From positions 35,216,001 to 35,280,000 of the forward strand of contig NC_043012.1 of NCBI RefSeq assembly GCF_006345805.1: a stretch of DNA of 64,000 nt, given 5' to 3'. This document shows positions 39,450 through 52,009 of this stretch, one piece after another. This DNA comes from Octopus sinensis. Taxonomy: Eukaryota. Position numbers and translations under genes: made by a program. Below the pieces are notes generated by a model. That model was given only the letters and a program-made list of their open reading frames with translations, ran no database searches and was not told the DNA's origin. Position 1 is the first letter of the stretch; each line of letters starts with the position of its first letter.

Positions 39450-40050
39450 CCCCACCTTGAATACTGTTGTCTACTGTGGTCTCCCTACACGAAACAAAGT
39501 ATCATGAATATTGAAGCACCTCAAAGGTCAATCACAAAAAAGATAGATGGCATGACAGGAGGCCTTGACCATTGGGGTCGACTAGAAAAGCTCAAGCTTT
39601 ATTCTCTCCAACGCCGCCGTGAGCGCTACATCATCTGCATGATGTGGAAAATATTCCATCAGCATTGTCCAAATGATGTTGGCATCACCTTTAAGATACA
39701 GCCAAGACTGTGGCCCCGTGTTATCCGCCCACAACATAAATCATACTCACATCACATAACAACAATGCGACTCAATTATTTCACCTCAATTGGTCCCGCT
39801 GTCTTTAAGATCACACCAAAACACATTAAATCAGAAACAGAACCCATAACGTTCAAGAAGTCTTTGGACAAATTCCTTCAAAAGATCCCGGATAAACCTC
39901 CTACACCCGGATATGTCTCCATAAACTGACTCTCTCTTTGAGTGGGCTATGTTGTCCGATTCCTCATTTAAATGAATTTGCTAGGTGGTACTATTAAGTT
40001 AGACATGGCCTGGGCCCAATACTAGCCGAAACCTATCAAAGTATCCTATT
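39450..40050 (+). pseudogene. 5'-truncated CR1/L2-group LINE 3' end
   Basis: PHLEYCCLLWSPY..PQRSITKKIDGM..WGRLEKLKLYSLQRRRERYII..FKKSLDKFLQKIPDKPPTPGY. Confidence 0.85.
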
Positions 40051-40359
40051 CTTCTTGCTTTTCCCCTCTCTCTCTTTCTTACTTACCTCCCTTCCACGCC
40101 TTCCCCTCATATTTTGGCACAAGACCAACAATTTAGGAGGTGGAAGTCCATTACATCGACCTCTTCACTACCTCTCACCAAGTGACTTGCATATTTGCCC
40201 TCCTCTATCCATCCTTGAGAAACCGAATGCACACCGTACCACCACATACATACCTCCCCCTATATATGCAGCGACCCCCTAACTAACCACACAGAACCGC
40301 ATTCCCACATGGCTCCTAATCCTCCATAGTTTGAACCACCTTTTCTCATTCTTTCATTT

Positions 40360-40393
40360 CTTCTGATGAAGGACTAACGTCCGAAACGTCAGG
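40360..40393 (+). ncRNA. Minimal type I hammerhead ribozyme, canonical core
   Basis: ctt-CTGATGA-a-ggac-taac-gtcc-GAAAC-GTC-agg; ACGU palindromic stem III; 3-bp stem I. Confidence 0.65.
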
Positions 40394-41369
40394 CTTATTT
40401 CCCTTATTTTTACGCCTTAAACTACACAGCATTTGTGAAGACTTTTCCAGCACGTGTTGTCTCAGTTTTGTGCTAATTGCCTAATTCACACATGCGCGCG
40501 TGCGAACACACCTGCACAGGTACACACAAATACATACACGCTTATATATACACTCAGCTGCAATGACAATTTTCAGGTGTACATAGATACATTCGAATAT
40601 TGTTATCGAATCTGAGAGAGTGAGAGAGCAGGAGAGATAGAAAGATACTCGGGTAAACGTGTATGTGTGTGTGTGTATGTACGGAGTCATATCTATTCCT
40701 TGTCTCACTAGGGTTGCATGCATACCAGCTTATCTGTCTGTCTGTCTGCATGTATATATGTGTACATGTATGTATAAATGTGTCTGTATGAGTGTATGTG
40801 TATACAAACGTGTATATGTGCACGTATATGTGTATATCTGTGTACGTGTGTGAGTGTATGCGTGTGCACATGTATATGTGCATGTAGATCAATGTGTGTG
40901 TGTGTGTGTGTGTGGTGTTTCAAACCCATCTGGTTCCGTTGCTTCAAATAATCGTAAACGACGCAGGTGATGGTCATAAACGGATTCAACGGACAAATAG
41001 AAGCAACAAACAAAGCAAGTAGGTCACCTTGTTGTTATTTATTTACTGAGTGACCAGACATGACTTACACAACATACTTTACGGATTAAACCAATGAAAA
41101 CGTCACACAACATCCGGCAGTTTTAGGACAGACCTATTCTTCACAGAACCAAATTACACTGAAACATACAGCACTTGTACACATACATGCACGCACAAAC
41201 ACACACATACACACACCAAGTGTTGAAGTGCATCCCTTGACTAAGTTTCCATACATGAGGCTGATAACATCATAAAACTTGGAAAGCAGCTCCTTGAGCA
41301 ACACTCTGTGTTTGGTAACCTTAAATAAATGCCCAAAGAAGTCGTACGACTCACGCAATATATTATCAG

Positions 41370-41665
41370 ATGAAAGGATGAGCGTATAGCAGCAGAAGAC
41401 CATGCATGGATATGTCAGTAGAAAGCTCCGTGATGTTAGTAACATTGAGCATCAAAGCAGTCTATCATGGACCAAAATCTCGATTACTACCTTCCACTTT
41501 GAAGGGTAGGCGTTTGCAATCCAGGAACAGGAAATATCAACCAAATAACTGATACGCAAAAGGGACAGAGATCCAGATAAAATAGTAGAATGTGACAACC
41601 GATGCAGGCTTTGTGGAGTAAACACCAAAGCTGTCACCCATATAAGCAGTTTTCCGAAAATGTCA
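41370..41665 (+). pseudogene. R4/Dong-clade (RLE) non-LTR retrotransposon fragment
   Basis: MHGYVSRKL..HFEG*AFAIQEQEISTK*LIRKR..CDNRCRLCG. Confidence 0.75.
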
Positions 41666-41764
41666 TCACTAATCCTCTATAAATTTTTAAAGCGGAACAT
41701 TCACGGATCCCATTGCTCGACTGCTAGAGGGCTGTGAGCGGCTCACGACATCACCTAGAATATT

Positions 41765-41786
41765 ATTGTTGTTGTTGTTGTTGTTG

Positions 41787-41855
<69 letters not shown>

Positions 41856-41867
41856 TATTTATTATTA

Positions 41868-41941
<74 letters not shown>

Positions 41942-42008
41942 TATTTATAATTATTATTATTATTATTATTATTACTAATAATAATAATAATAATAATAAT
42001 AATATTAC

Positions 42009-42075
<67 letters not shown>

Positions 42076-42086
42076 TAATAATAATG

Positions 42087-42152
<66 letters not shown>
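41765..42152. repeat. (ATT)n abutting (AAT)n, forming a fold-back centred ~41977
   Basis: Directly visible strand switch at ttattact|aataataa. Confidence 0.95.
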
Positions 42153-42153
<1 letters not shown>

Positions 42154-43271
42154 GGGGCTGATTGCTTCATAGCTCAGATTCCAGGAAATCCCAAAATGGC
42201 AGAAATTCAAAAGATAGTGCTCATGGGAACTGCCCATATCCTACGTAAAATGCTGTCAATATAATCTCAAATTTTAAAACAAACATAATTTTCTTATGGT
42301 TTCTTAAACATTCCCTAGAGCAACTCTATGTACAAAACCAAATATATGGCACCCTAGGCATAACACCAACATGAACTTCCAACTTGTCTCTTGAGGTCTC
42401 TAACCCAACTTATACAAATGCAAAGCAAGAGTCAAACATAAGATGATACTAATAATTTCTTTAATAAATCGTAAGCTGCTGACCAAGATGCACCACTCAA
42501 AGACAGATGTAGATCGTCTTTACCTTCCCCAAACCCAAGGCGGTCGGGGCTTGATCCAGTTCGAACTTTCTTACATAACCGCTACAATTGGACAGACTAA
42601 ATATCTTCAAGAAACTAAAACACGTTGAAAATCAGGAAGAAGCTTCATTCTGGAGGAATACAAAAATTCTGCTACCGAGCTCATGCAAGTTATCCAGACT
42701 GAACAGCCTGAGGAAAGTGCGGCAACTTCCTGCTTCTTAGCTGCTCAAGATCAAAGCTTATTGATCAGGAATTGTCAAGCCAATGTGATGAGAAATGGAG
42801 AAGACCCAAATTGTCGATTCTGCAATGATGGGTTTTTAACAGTGGACTACTAAATCTCTGAATCTGAAAACTCTTGACAAATGGTATAAGTACCACCCTG
42901 AGGGAGAAAATGTAGCGATTCTTTGTGACTTTCCAGTTCATACAGACAGAACTATCAAAGCTAATAAATCGGATATTGTAGTAAAAGACCCAAATAATGA
43001 CGTCTGTTTATTGCTTGACAAGAACATTCCTTGTGCTCAAAACATCTGGGCTAAAGAATTTAAGAAGCTCAGAAAATATAAAGATTTGCTGATTGAAATT
43101 GAAAAAATGTGGCACCAGAAGAGATATAATATCAGTGATTGCAGGAGCACTTTGAATGATAAAAAAGGAACTGAAAATTATTTGAGGATGATCCTTGGCT
43201 TACGATCCATGCAAAAAGTGCAAAAGATTGTTTTAACTGGTGCATCACGCGTATTGAGGAAAGCATTTTGA
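42153..43271 (+). pseudogene. Two R4/Dong-clade fragments (3' end 42153-42400; RT C-terminus/zinc knuckle/RLE 42440-43271)
   Basis: EIQKIVLMGTAHILRK; HHSKTDVDRLYLP..GGRGLIQ; FLAAQDQSL..DPNCRFC; ILCDFPVHTDRTIKANKSDIVVKD..KYKDLLIEIEKMW. Confidence 0.85.
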
Positions 43272-43498
43272 CGCTGTAAGAACGACTACAACCCATATAA
43301 TTTTTTTCTTTTTTACATAACATCATCCAATGTTGTAAATGAACAATATGGTGTTTTTATTTTAATGGATTGTCAATGAATGCTGTGAGTTTCTCTTCCA
43401 TAGGTGTCAGGAAGACACTCGGCAAGAAATGGAAACAAAATTTAAAAAAACTAATAGTAATGATGATGATGATCATGACGACGACAACGAAGATGATG

Positions 43499-43556
<58 letters not shown>

Positions 43557-44202
43557 CAACAACAACAACAACAACAGCAATAATAATAATAATATATTTA
43601 TTTAATAAAACGTTATGATATAACCTTTTTGTTCTTCATTTAACCGAATTCCCAATGTTTAGTATAATTCGATGAATTGTTGATTCGACCAACTGTTACT
43701 TCGTTCAGTTGTGTTTTCAAGCATCGGTTTTTACAATAAAATTTATTTCGGTCGGTTTTATTTCATAAATCAACACCAAACTGAGGAGTTGTTGACTTTC
43801 AAAGCTGAATTATTTCCTCATTTCTGTACCTTGGAATATTTTAGCTTTCCTCTCCATTTCTTTTCTTTCCTTAGAATAGAATTTTGTTTTGTTATCTATT
43901 TTTCTTTCTACTTTTGTTGTGTTATCCCTATCTCAATCATGTTTCTCTCACGATATAATTGACTTCTAATTAATATTTTATTGTTTTATATGTATGCATG
44001 TATGTAAACATGTATGTATGTACACCCCCCAGCAATATATCTTTTTCAACTCTCAGCTTGTTGAGTAATGCGAAACCGGTCCTTACTTCAATTTTATTGA
44101 AAGAACAAAAACCTTATGTCGTACAAAATCGCATAATATCTTTATTATCATCGCTCTAATATACTCTTAAATCGTGTAAAAGAATTCTTCTGTGTTTTGC
44201 TT

Positions 44203-44271
<69 letters not shown>

Positions 44272-44535
44272 GAATAATAGAAAGGAAGTTCTTGGTACAG
44301 TATTATATATTTGAAAAAATGAGTAGAGATGGATTTTTTGCGGATAACTTCTATTTTAATCTTAATGTTTACAGTGAGTGACACTCTGGTATGAGTTTCA
44401 AGTTTCAAGTTTCAAGTGGACGTTTTCAACCTGAAAAATGTATGTTTTACTGGTTGCTTAAATTGCAAAACTTTTTTCTTACAAGTATACACACAAAAAG
44501 AGGAAAATATATTTAAAAAATGCAAAAGCATGTGA

Positions 44536-44640
44536 AGAAGAAGAAGAAGAAGGAGAAGAAGAAGAAGAAGAAGAAGAAGAAGAAGAAGAAGAAGAAGAAG
44601 AAGAAGAAGAAGAAGAAGAAGAAGAGAAGAAGAAGGAGGA
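44536..44640. repeat. (GAA)n microsatellite
   Basis: Directly visible. Confidence 0.95.
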
Positions 44641-44806
44641 AAATAAGAAAATGAAATAAAGATAAATAGAAAAATAAATATAAATATTATATTTTTATTT
44701 CATTTCATTCACTTCTTCTTCACATGGTTTAGTATTTTTTAAACATATTTTTTCCCCTTTTTATTTATACTTGTAAGAAAAAGAATTTTGTTATTTAAGC
44801 AACCCG

Positions 44807-44855
<49 letters not shown>

Positions 44856-44857
44856 AT

Positions 44858-44920
<63 letters not shown>

Positions 44921-45314
44921 GCATGTATGTATGTATGTATGTATGTATGTATGTATGTATGTATGTACGCATGTATATATCTATGCATGTACATGCTCAT
45001 ACATACGTACATACATACATACATGTATACATACATACATACATATATACATGCATATATAAATACATGCATTCATACTCATATATATATATATGTATGT
45101 ATGTGTGTATTTATGTATGCGTGTATGTATATATAATGTAATATAGTATGACGCTTGGTGGCGTGGTGGCATGGCAGTGGATGGTGTTTGTGGTATAGAG
45201 CGGTGCTGACAGAAAGACTCTTTATATATATATATATATATATGTAAGAAGAAAAAGAAAATGGAAGTTGAGAAGTTAATAATTGCTTGTTATTGACAGT
45301 AAATTTATCATCGT

Positions 45315-45398
45315 CTTTTACAGCTGTTTCAATTAATTCTCAGTAAATATTAAGTAAATATTAAATTTATATGACCTGAGCACAATATCTTCAGAAGG
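45315..45398 (-). ncRNA. Degenerate hammerhead motif (related copy 46587-46650 -)
   Basis: cctt-ctgaaga-..ctcag..ctgag..-gaaac-agct-gta-aaag. Confidence 0.5.
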
Positions 45399-45493
45399 AA
45401 AGTGATATACCTTTGGATGTTTTATATGTGTGTTTATGGATTCATTATAGTAGATTGAATGATACTAATCGAATTTAGTATACACACTCATAC

Positions 45494-45606
<113 letters not shown>

Positions 45607-45780
45607 ATATATTATATTATATATATATATACAGCGTTTCTTTATTGGAAGCCTTTTAATGTATTTCTATATGAATAATATATAGTATAATGACTAATTC
45701 GTCTTTTGTGCTGGGTCACTGGTAATAATAATTTATTTTTTATTACCTTATTTACTATGTATGTATATATATATATATAG

Positions 45781-45811
<31 letters not shown>

Positions 45812-46160
45812 AGGTTATAAAATGAGATAGGGGTTGAAAATTCAACCCACCATAGCTTTATAATTTTATGAACTGAACCATAGTTTTAATTATTATTTTT
45901 CATCTCCCTATGTGTTAGTTTTTTAAAACTATTAGCCAAATATGTATAATAACTGTGCTTATTAATATTAATATATACACTGATATATATTTTGTTTTAT
46001 TTTGTTTTGTTTACCTTGCATTATTGTACCAATGAGTATTATATTATATATGTGTAGCATCATGAAGTTTATGCACAAGTTTTTATATTTTACATTTTTA
46101 TATTTTTATATTTATATGTATATGGAAAAATAATTTTTTCACAATTATAACAAATTAAAT

Positions 46161-46270
46161 TCTCTGAAGAGGCCGTGGGGCATCTTTGTTAATGCCTCAT
46201 TTATACCTGCCTTTATGGTTTATAGGTTAATTGAGGTATGACTGCCCTTACTGCCGAAACAGCTGTCAGA
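46161..46270 (+). ncRNA. Type I hammerhead ribozyme with extended stem II
   Basis: tct-CTGAAGA-ggc..(gggca/tgccc; atgcctca/tgaggtat)..gcc-GAAAC-agct-GTC-aga; stem III acagctgt is a perfect palindrome. Confidence 0.75.
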
Positions 46271-46456
46271 TAGGATATAATTACATATTATATTTTATAT
46301 TTTATACTTATATTTTCCTTGTCTATTTACATTTACTGTATATTTTGTATAATGCCTTTACTGATATGTAATGGTGTAATAAAGTATTGATTGGGTATCA
46401 TCTGATAGCTGATGTTTTATTGATTTAAGTATGTTTCTCCATTTTCTAATTTTGTA

Positions 46457-46539
<83 letters not shown>

Positions 46540-46734
46540 TATACATATATATATATAAAAGAAGGGAAAGGCAAATTAATCTTCTTCACTTACAGCTGTT
46601 TCAATTAATACTTAGTAAATATTTGCATGACCTGAGCATAATCTCAGGCAAAATATACCCATACCTTTTATATATATTTATGGATTCTTTAAGGTTAACA
46701 CAACCTCTAATTAAATTATATATATATATATATA

Positions 46735-47577
46735 TGCCACCCACGACACACTAGAATAGATGTCCCTTTTTGTTTAGCTAGAAGGATTTGCACCATAATA
46801 TCAGACACAAACACTCGACACACACGTCTCCAGGAACTTAGAACCACACTCACAAATAGAAACTATCCACAGCCCCTAATAGACAGTGCAATCCAAAGGG
46901 CACTCAAATTAAGTATAGAAGACCTGAGACAAACAAAACCAAAAAAGAAAGAACAATTAAAAACCCTTCCCTACATCTCTACACACAACCCACTCAACAA
47001 TGAGGCCTTCAGCACCATACTACAAAGCACAGCCCTACTAAAGGGAGACCCAAAGATGAACCGGATCCTCGAAACACACACCATCATTAAAAGTAAACGG
47101 CAACCAAAATCCTTGAAAAGGATTTTAACCCAAGCTAAACTGCACTCAACATCAACCACAAAACCAGCAGTTAGAAAATGTGGAAGGCCCAACTGCGGAA
47201 TCTGTGTCATCTTGGTAGAAGGTTCAGAATTTATACTAGAACAAGGCCATCAGTTCACCATTAGAGTAAACTTCACCTGCGCATCAGAAAACTTAATTTA
47301 CGTCTTAACATGCAATAGGCAGTATATAGGTCATACAAAAAATAGCTTACGTAACAGGATGGCGGTGCATAAATCACAAATTAGAAACCCTGAATACCGG
47401 AAAATACCGGTCAGCGGACACATAGATAGATGTGCTGCAAATGTAAATCCGAAATTTACAACTTACCCACTTTATAAATTCAATGACAGCGTAACCTTCA
47501 CGCAACGACAAAATAAAGAACTTTATTTCATCAAAAAATTTAGACCAAGTTTGAACACCATGGGCCAGGAATATTAA
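46735..47577 (+). CDS. Penelope-like element ORF, 5'-truncated: RT thumb + Cys-rich linker + GIY-YIG endonuclease (~280 codons open)
   Basis: In frame with the listed 47056 ORF and stop-free from CHPRHTRIDVPFCLARRICTIISD; CGRPNCGIC, NLIYVLTC..QYIGHT..LRNRMAVH, KELYFIKKFRPSLN. Confidence 0.9.
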   Translation, partial: CHPRHTRIDVPFCLARRICTIISDTNTRHTRLQELRTTLTNRNYPQPLIDSAIQRALKLSIEDLRQTKPKKKEQLKTLPYISTHNPLNNEAFSTILQSTALLKGDPKMNRILETHTIIKSKRQPKSLKRILTQAKLHSTSTTKPAVRKCGRPNCGICVILVEGSEFILEQGHQFTIRVNFTCASENLIYVLTCNRQYIGHTKNSLRNRMAVHKSQIRNPEYRKIPVSGHIDRCAANVNPKFTTYPLYKFNDSVTFTQRQNKELYFIKKFRPSLNTMGQEY

Positions 47578-48790
47578 AACAAAACATTGGTCCTCCGAAA
47601 AAGAGAAACGAAATTCTACCACAACTACTACGACTGCCCCAACTCGCACTACTACTACAACCACCGTGGTCACTGTTGCTACGGCCACAGTGAGAGAATT
47701 ATAATAATGGAAGTGGGGCGAATTACAATTTCTCAGATCCTTGAACAGTCACTCACACTGACAGAGATATGTCTTAGGGAAGGAAAAATTTATAAAAAGA
47801 TCTCTACGAGCAGATCTAATCCTGATTCGTCAAAAAACTGATGACGTATCACCTCAGTAGTCAAGCTATTGTCACCCTGCTTGGTCGGTTTCCCCACACG
47901 ATACAGCTATGGGTCAGACCCGATTCTGATTGGTCAAAACATTGATGACGTCTCGTCCTGCTGGACTAGCCACCTAACAGGATGATTAATCAAAACATTG
48001 ATGACGTCCCGTTCCGCTGGACTAGCCACCTAACAGGATACAGTCATGGGTCTGATCTAATACAGCTATGGATCAGACCCGATTCTGATTGGTCAAAACA
48101 TTGATGACGTCTCGTTCTGCTGGACTAGCCACCTAACAGGATGATTGGTCAAAATATTGATGACGTCTCGTTCCGCTGGATTAGCCACCTAACAGGATAC
48201 AGTCATGGGTCAGATCTAATTTCGATTCGTCATGATGACGTATTTCCTCCGTGGCCAAACTGTCGTTCCGCTTGGTTGGTTTCCTAACAGGATATATTCG
48301 TTGAGACTGGGTTTTGATTGTTTTGGAACTATATGACGTCAGCGAAAAGTGCAAGTGACCACAGCTAAGCTGAGCTGATATAAACCCAACAATCACAAAA
48401 CTCACCAAAATTATACGAACAGACACCAACCAAAAATCATTACTGTTGATCCCATTGGAACACAAGGCAAAATCTAAAATGAACTCCTCGCTTTTTCAAG
48501 AACATGAATTTTTTATATTTGACTCTATTGAATGTATGTCACAATTATGAACCACTACATCATACTCTTTAAACATATAGCATGGACTCCCTTTATTATA
48601 TATGAATTTTTTATATTTGACTCTATTGAATATTATATATGAATTTTTTATATTTGACTCTATTGAATATATGTCACAATTATGAACTATTACATCATAC
48701 TCTTTAAACATATAGCATGAACTCTCTTTATTATATATAATTTTTTTTGATAAGGTTTCTTCATTTCAAGAACCGAAACATGTTAAAAAA
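47578..48790 (+). mobile_element. Penelope 3' pseudo-LTR region with internal tandem repeats
   Basis: Follows the ORF stop; 159-bp duplication (47901-48059 / 48060-48220) made of ~56-bp units; further duplications 48505-48740; ends at a hammerhead motif. Confidence 0.6.
48741..48790 (+). ncRNA. Minimal type I hammerhead with U3-A8 core variant
   Basis: tttttt-TTGATAA-ggtt(t)ctt-catttc-aagaacc-GAAAC-at-GTT-aaaaaa; stem III acatgt is palindromic. Confidence 0.65.
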
Positions 48791-48840
48791 TAAAAATAAA
48801 AATTTGTCTAATATAGCAGCATTTTCAAACTTCATTTTTT

Positions 48841-48884
<44 letters not shown>

Positions 48885-49670
48885 ATGTTTATATGAATGT
48901 ATTTATATGTACACAAGCATGTGTCTATGAATACATCTATATGTGTATGTCTGTGTGTTATTGATGTGTGTATGTGGGTTTTATCACTTCCATCTAACAC
49001 AAAATTTCGTTCCCTTTTCAATGCAATTTTCAAGAGCAGCCGTCATGGCTACCATCAAAAACACCACAGACCATCAATATCATCCAACGATATTTCTGTC
49101 AACACCGCTCTATACCATGTACACCATCCACCGCCATGCCACCACGCCACCAAACATCATGTGATCAGTGCGCACTAACAATTGTCCAATAACTATGGCT
49201 TCACACGCTAATTAGACTAAAAGACAGCCGCGCAGAAAGCCACCATAACAATCACTTCCGGTTTATAAAAGAACATGGCCAGTTAAAAGTTGTTGTAAGA
49301 ATTCAGTGAGTTTAAAGCTTCATACTGGAATGTGGCAAAACAAAAGAACAAATATTGCAGTCTTGTGTACTTTAATCCTGAAGTAAATAAAAGAAAACGA
49401 ACGCTGTTGGTGGTGGAGAAACAATAGGCTTCAACTCTCTTAACGTCCATCTTGCGTTCGGGTCTGGCATATTCCTGCAATTTTCATTTGGCCATTCAGT
49501 CATCAAGAACACTTGTGGCGCCTACACATGCTTCGTGTGTGCGCTTGATGTATAAAGATGTATGTACGTACGTATGTATGTATGTATACATATACATGTA
49601 CATGTACATACATACATACATACATACATACATACATACATACATACATACATACATACATACATACATA

Positions 49671-50375
49671 CAAGAGTTGGACAAAATAATGGAAACACCT
49701 GAAAATTTCAAACAAATTTATTTTAATAAGGGGTAGGACCGCCTTTGGCAGTAATTACAGCTTGAATTCTACGAGGTATGGACTCGTACAAAGTTTGAAT
49801 TGTTTCCAAAGGAATTTTTGTTCATTCTTCAGCTAAAACAGTTTCCAGTTCTTGTAGTGATGATGGTGGAAGATATCGACTCCTTACTTGTTTTTCTAAA
49901 ATGCATCATAAATATTCAATAATATTGAGATCTGGAGACTGTGGTGGCCAGATAAGATGTTCAACTTCACTAGAACGTTCCTCGTGTCATTCAGTAACGA
50001 CTTTAGCTGTGTAAATTGGTGCATTATCACCCTGAAAGATTGCGTTTCCCTCCGGAAACAGTTTCGCAACCATAGGATGAATTTGGTCAGATAAAATGCT
50101 TAAAGAGTATTGGCTATTAATTCTGCCATGAAGGCAAACCATTGGGCTGGTGGATTTTCAAGATATAGCTCCCTACAGATCATCAGTGATCCTCCTCCAT
50201 GTTTAGCAGTTGGAAAAGGCAGTCTAGGTCAAATGCTTCTTTTGGCCGTCTCCATACTTATACTTGGCCGGTGGTCGGAAATAAGGTAAAGGATGACTCG
50301 TTACGCTAGCGTCTGCCATACGAGCACCAACAATTTGACCTCTTTGGGGGTTTCCATTATTTTGTCCAACCCCTG
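49671..50375 (-). mobile_element. Internally deleted Tc1-like transposon
   Basis: TIRs ca(a/g)g(a/g)gttggacaaaataatggaaac with TA flanks; minus strand KHGGGSLMI..FQGDNAPIYTAK..IWPPQSPDLNIIEYL..SIPRRIQAVITAKGGPT. Confidence 0.92.
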
Positions 50376-50399
50376 TATATGTGTGTGTGTATGTATGTA

Positions 50400-51000
50400 T
50401 TGTAGGCTACGTCACGATTCTGTGGAAGACATTACGCATGTGATTAGCAGCTGTCCTAAAATGTCGCCACAGTACTACCTCCCTATGCGGCACGATGTTT
50501 TCGCTAAAACAATTTACAATGCCATCCGCAAAAAAAGACTGCCCTGAAATAAACTTAGAAAATCCCTCTGTTATGGAATACATTCATAAACACCAACTCA
50601 AGAAGGAATATTGGCGGAATATAATATTCCCATCAAAACTTCTGTCAAATGTAAACATAGCAGGCTGGATATTGTAGTTTGGGACAGGGGCAAAGGTATG
50701 TGCCATCATAGAGGTCAGCTGCCCTGCAGATGTAAATAATATCTCTTTGAAAATAAAAGAAAAAGAGGATATCCATGGACAATTGCTTCGAAACCTCCAG
50801 TTTCTATATCCAGACTATGAATTCATCATATTCATACCAATAATGATTGGAGCACTAGGTTTTGTTAGTAAATGCTTAAAGGAGATTCTGGGATTTTCAG
50901 AAAGAGAAACTGACTGGCTGATCTGAACATTACAAGTCCAGTCTGTGAGTGGAACAGTAAAAGTATGCAAGACTTTTCTCAAGTTCCAAATGTGAATTTA
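50400..51000 (+). pseudogene. R4/Dong-clade zinc knuckle + RLE fragment
   Basis: CRLRHDSVEDITHVISSCPKMS..RHD; IIEVSCPADVN..KEKEDIHGQLLRNLQFLYPDYEF..IPIMIGALG..GTVKVCKTFL. Confidence 0.8.
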
Positions 51001-52009
51001 TCAGCGTTAACTACATCCCAAAGATGGAGCCTTGTATCTTTGTTGGAAAACAGCTCCCTCCTTAGGGGAAGATTTATAATAATTAAAAAATACAAGAGAC
51101 ATACAATCACACACACATACATACATAAATACTATACCATACATACATACATATGTGTGTGTCGGGGATGTGTGGCTTTGTTACTAAGTGCGCAAACAAA
51201 CATCCTACTTATTGATATAGGTACGGGATCAGGCGGTGAGCTGGCAGAATCGTTAGCACGCTCAGCGGCATTTCATCTCTCCCTTACGTTCTGAGTAATT
51301 CACACTTCCCATCGTAATTCGTGTAAACGAAATATTTTCACTGATAGTACTCAACAGCTAATTAAAAAATAATTAATGTTCTAACGAAAGTCTATGAGAA
51401 ACCAATTAAGGCGAGAGAATAGCATCCATAATATAGCAAGACAAGCCAGACGGTATGCGCATGCGCACTATGCCTGAAATGTTAGGACGTTCGCTTCGTA
51501 ATCACAACGATCCGGGTTCGCACCCACTGCCTAGCATCAGTGGGAAGTGACACCTTTGTTTTTTATTGCATTGGATTAATCCATGCTCTCTGAATGAAGC
51601 TAGATGGCCGGAAACTGTATAGAAACCCAGCTGGGTGGAGGTGGAATTCTTCATGTAATTCAAAAGTTACAGCCTTTTTGCATTCTGTGTCACGTTTATT
51701 CTTTACCTGAGAATTATATTAAGGGGACACATGTCTGTGGAGTACTCAACCATTTCACAAAAATTCGGGAGACGAACAAGTGGATCCTCATCATCGAAGG
51801 ACGGAGGTCCAATATTTGTATGCATACGCGCGCGCATATATATATACAGACACACACACGTTAAGATGTTAATATCGAAAAGTGAGAATGAGTGCTCTAC
51901 ACCGTATTAGTCAATAAATAACCAATATTTGTTGATTAATAAGGCTACCATTCGTTTCATGCTGATAATTCTCAACAATTATCAAGCTTGTCACATACAT
52001 ACATACATA

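Noticed and set aside
39990-40050. ggcc..gccgaaac at the CR1 3' end as a hammerhead
   Set aside because: No CUGANGA; better explained as the LINE 3' stem-loop before its tail.
44030-44095. tgc-GAAAC-CG-GTC half hammerhead with ACCGGU palindrome
   Set aside because: No CUGANGA upstream of the putative stem II; at most a truncated relic.
44330-44400. Possible micro-exon tttacag|tgagtgacactctg|gtatga
   Set aside because: It lies among ggttgcttaaat repeats that look like a TE remnant, and there are no partner exons.
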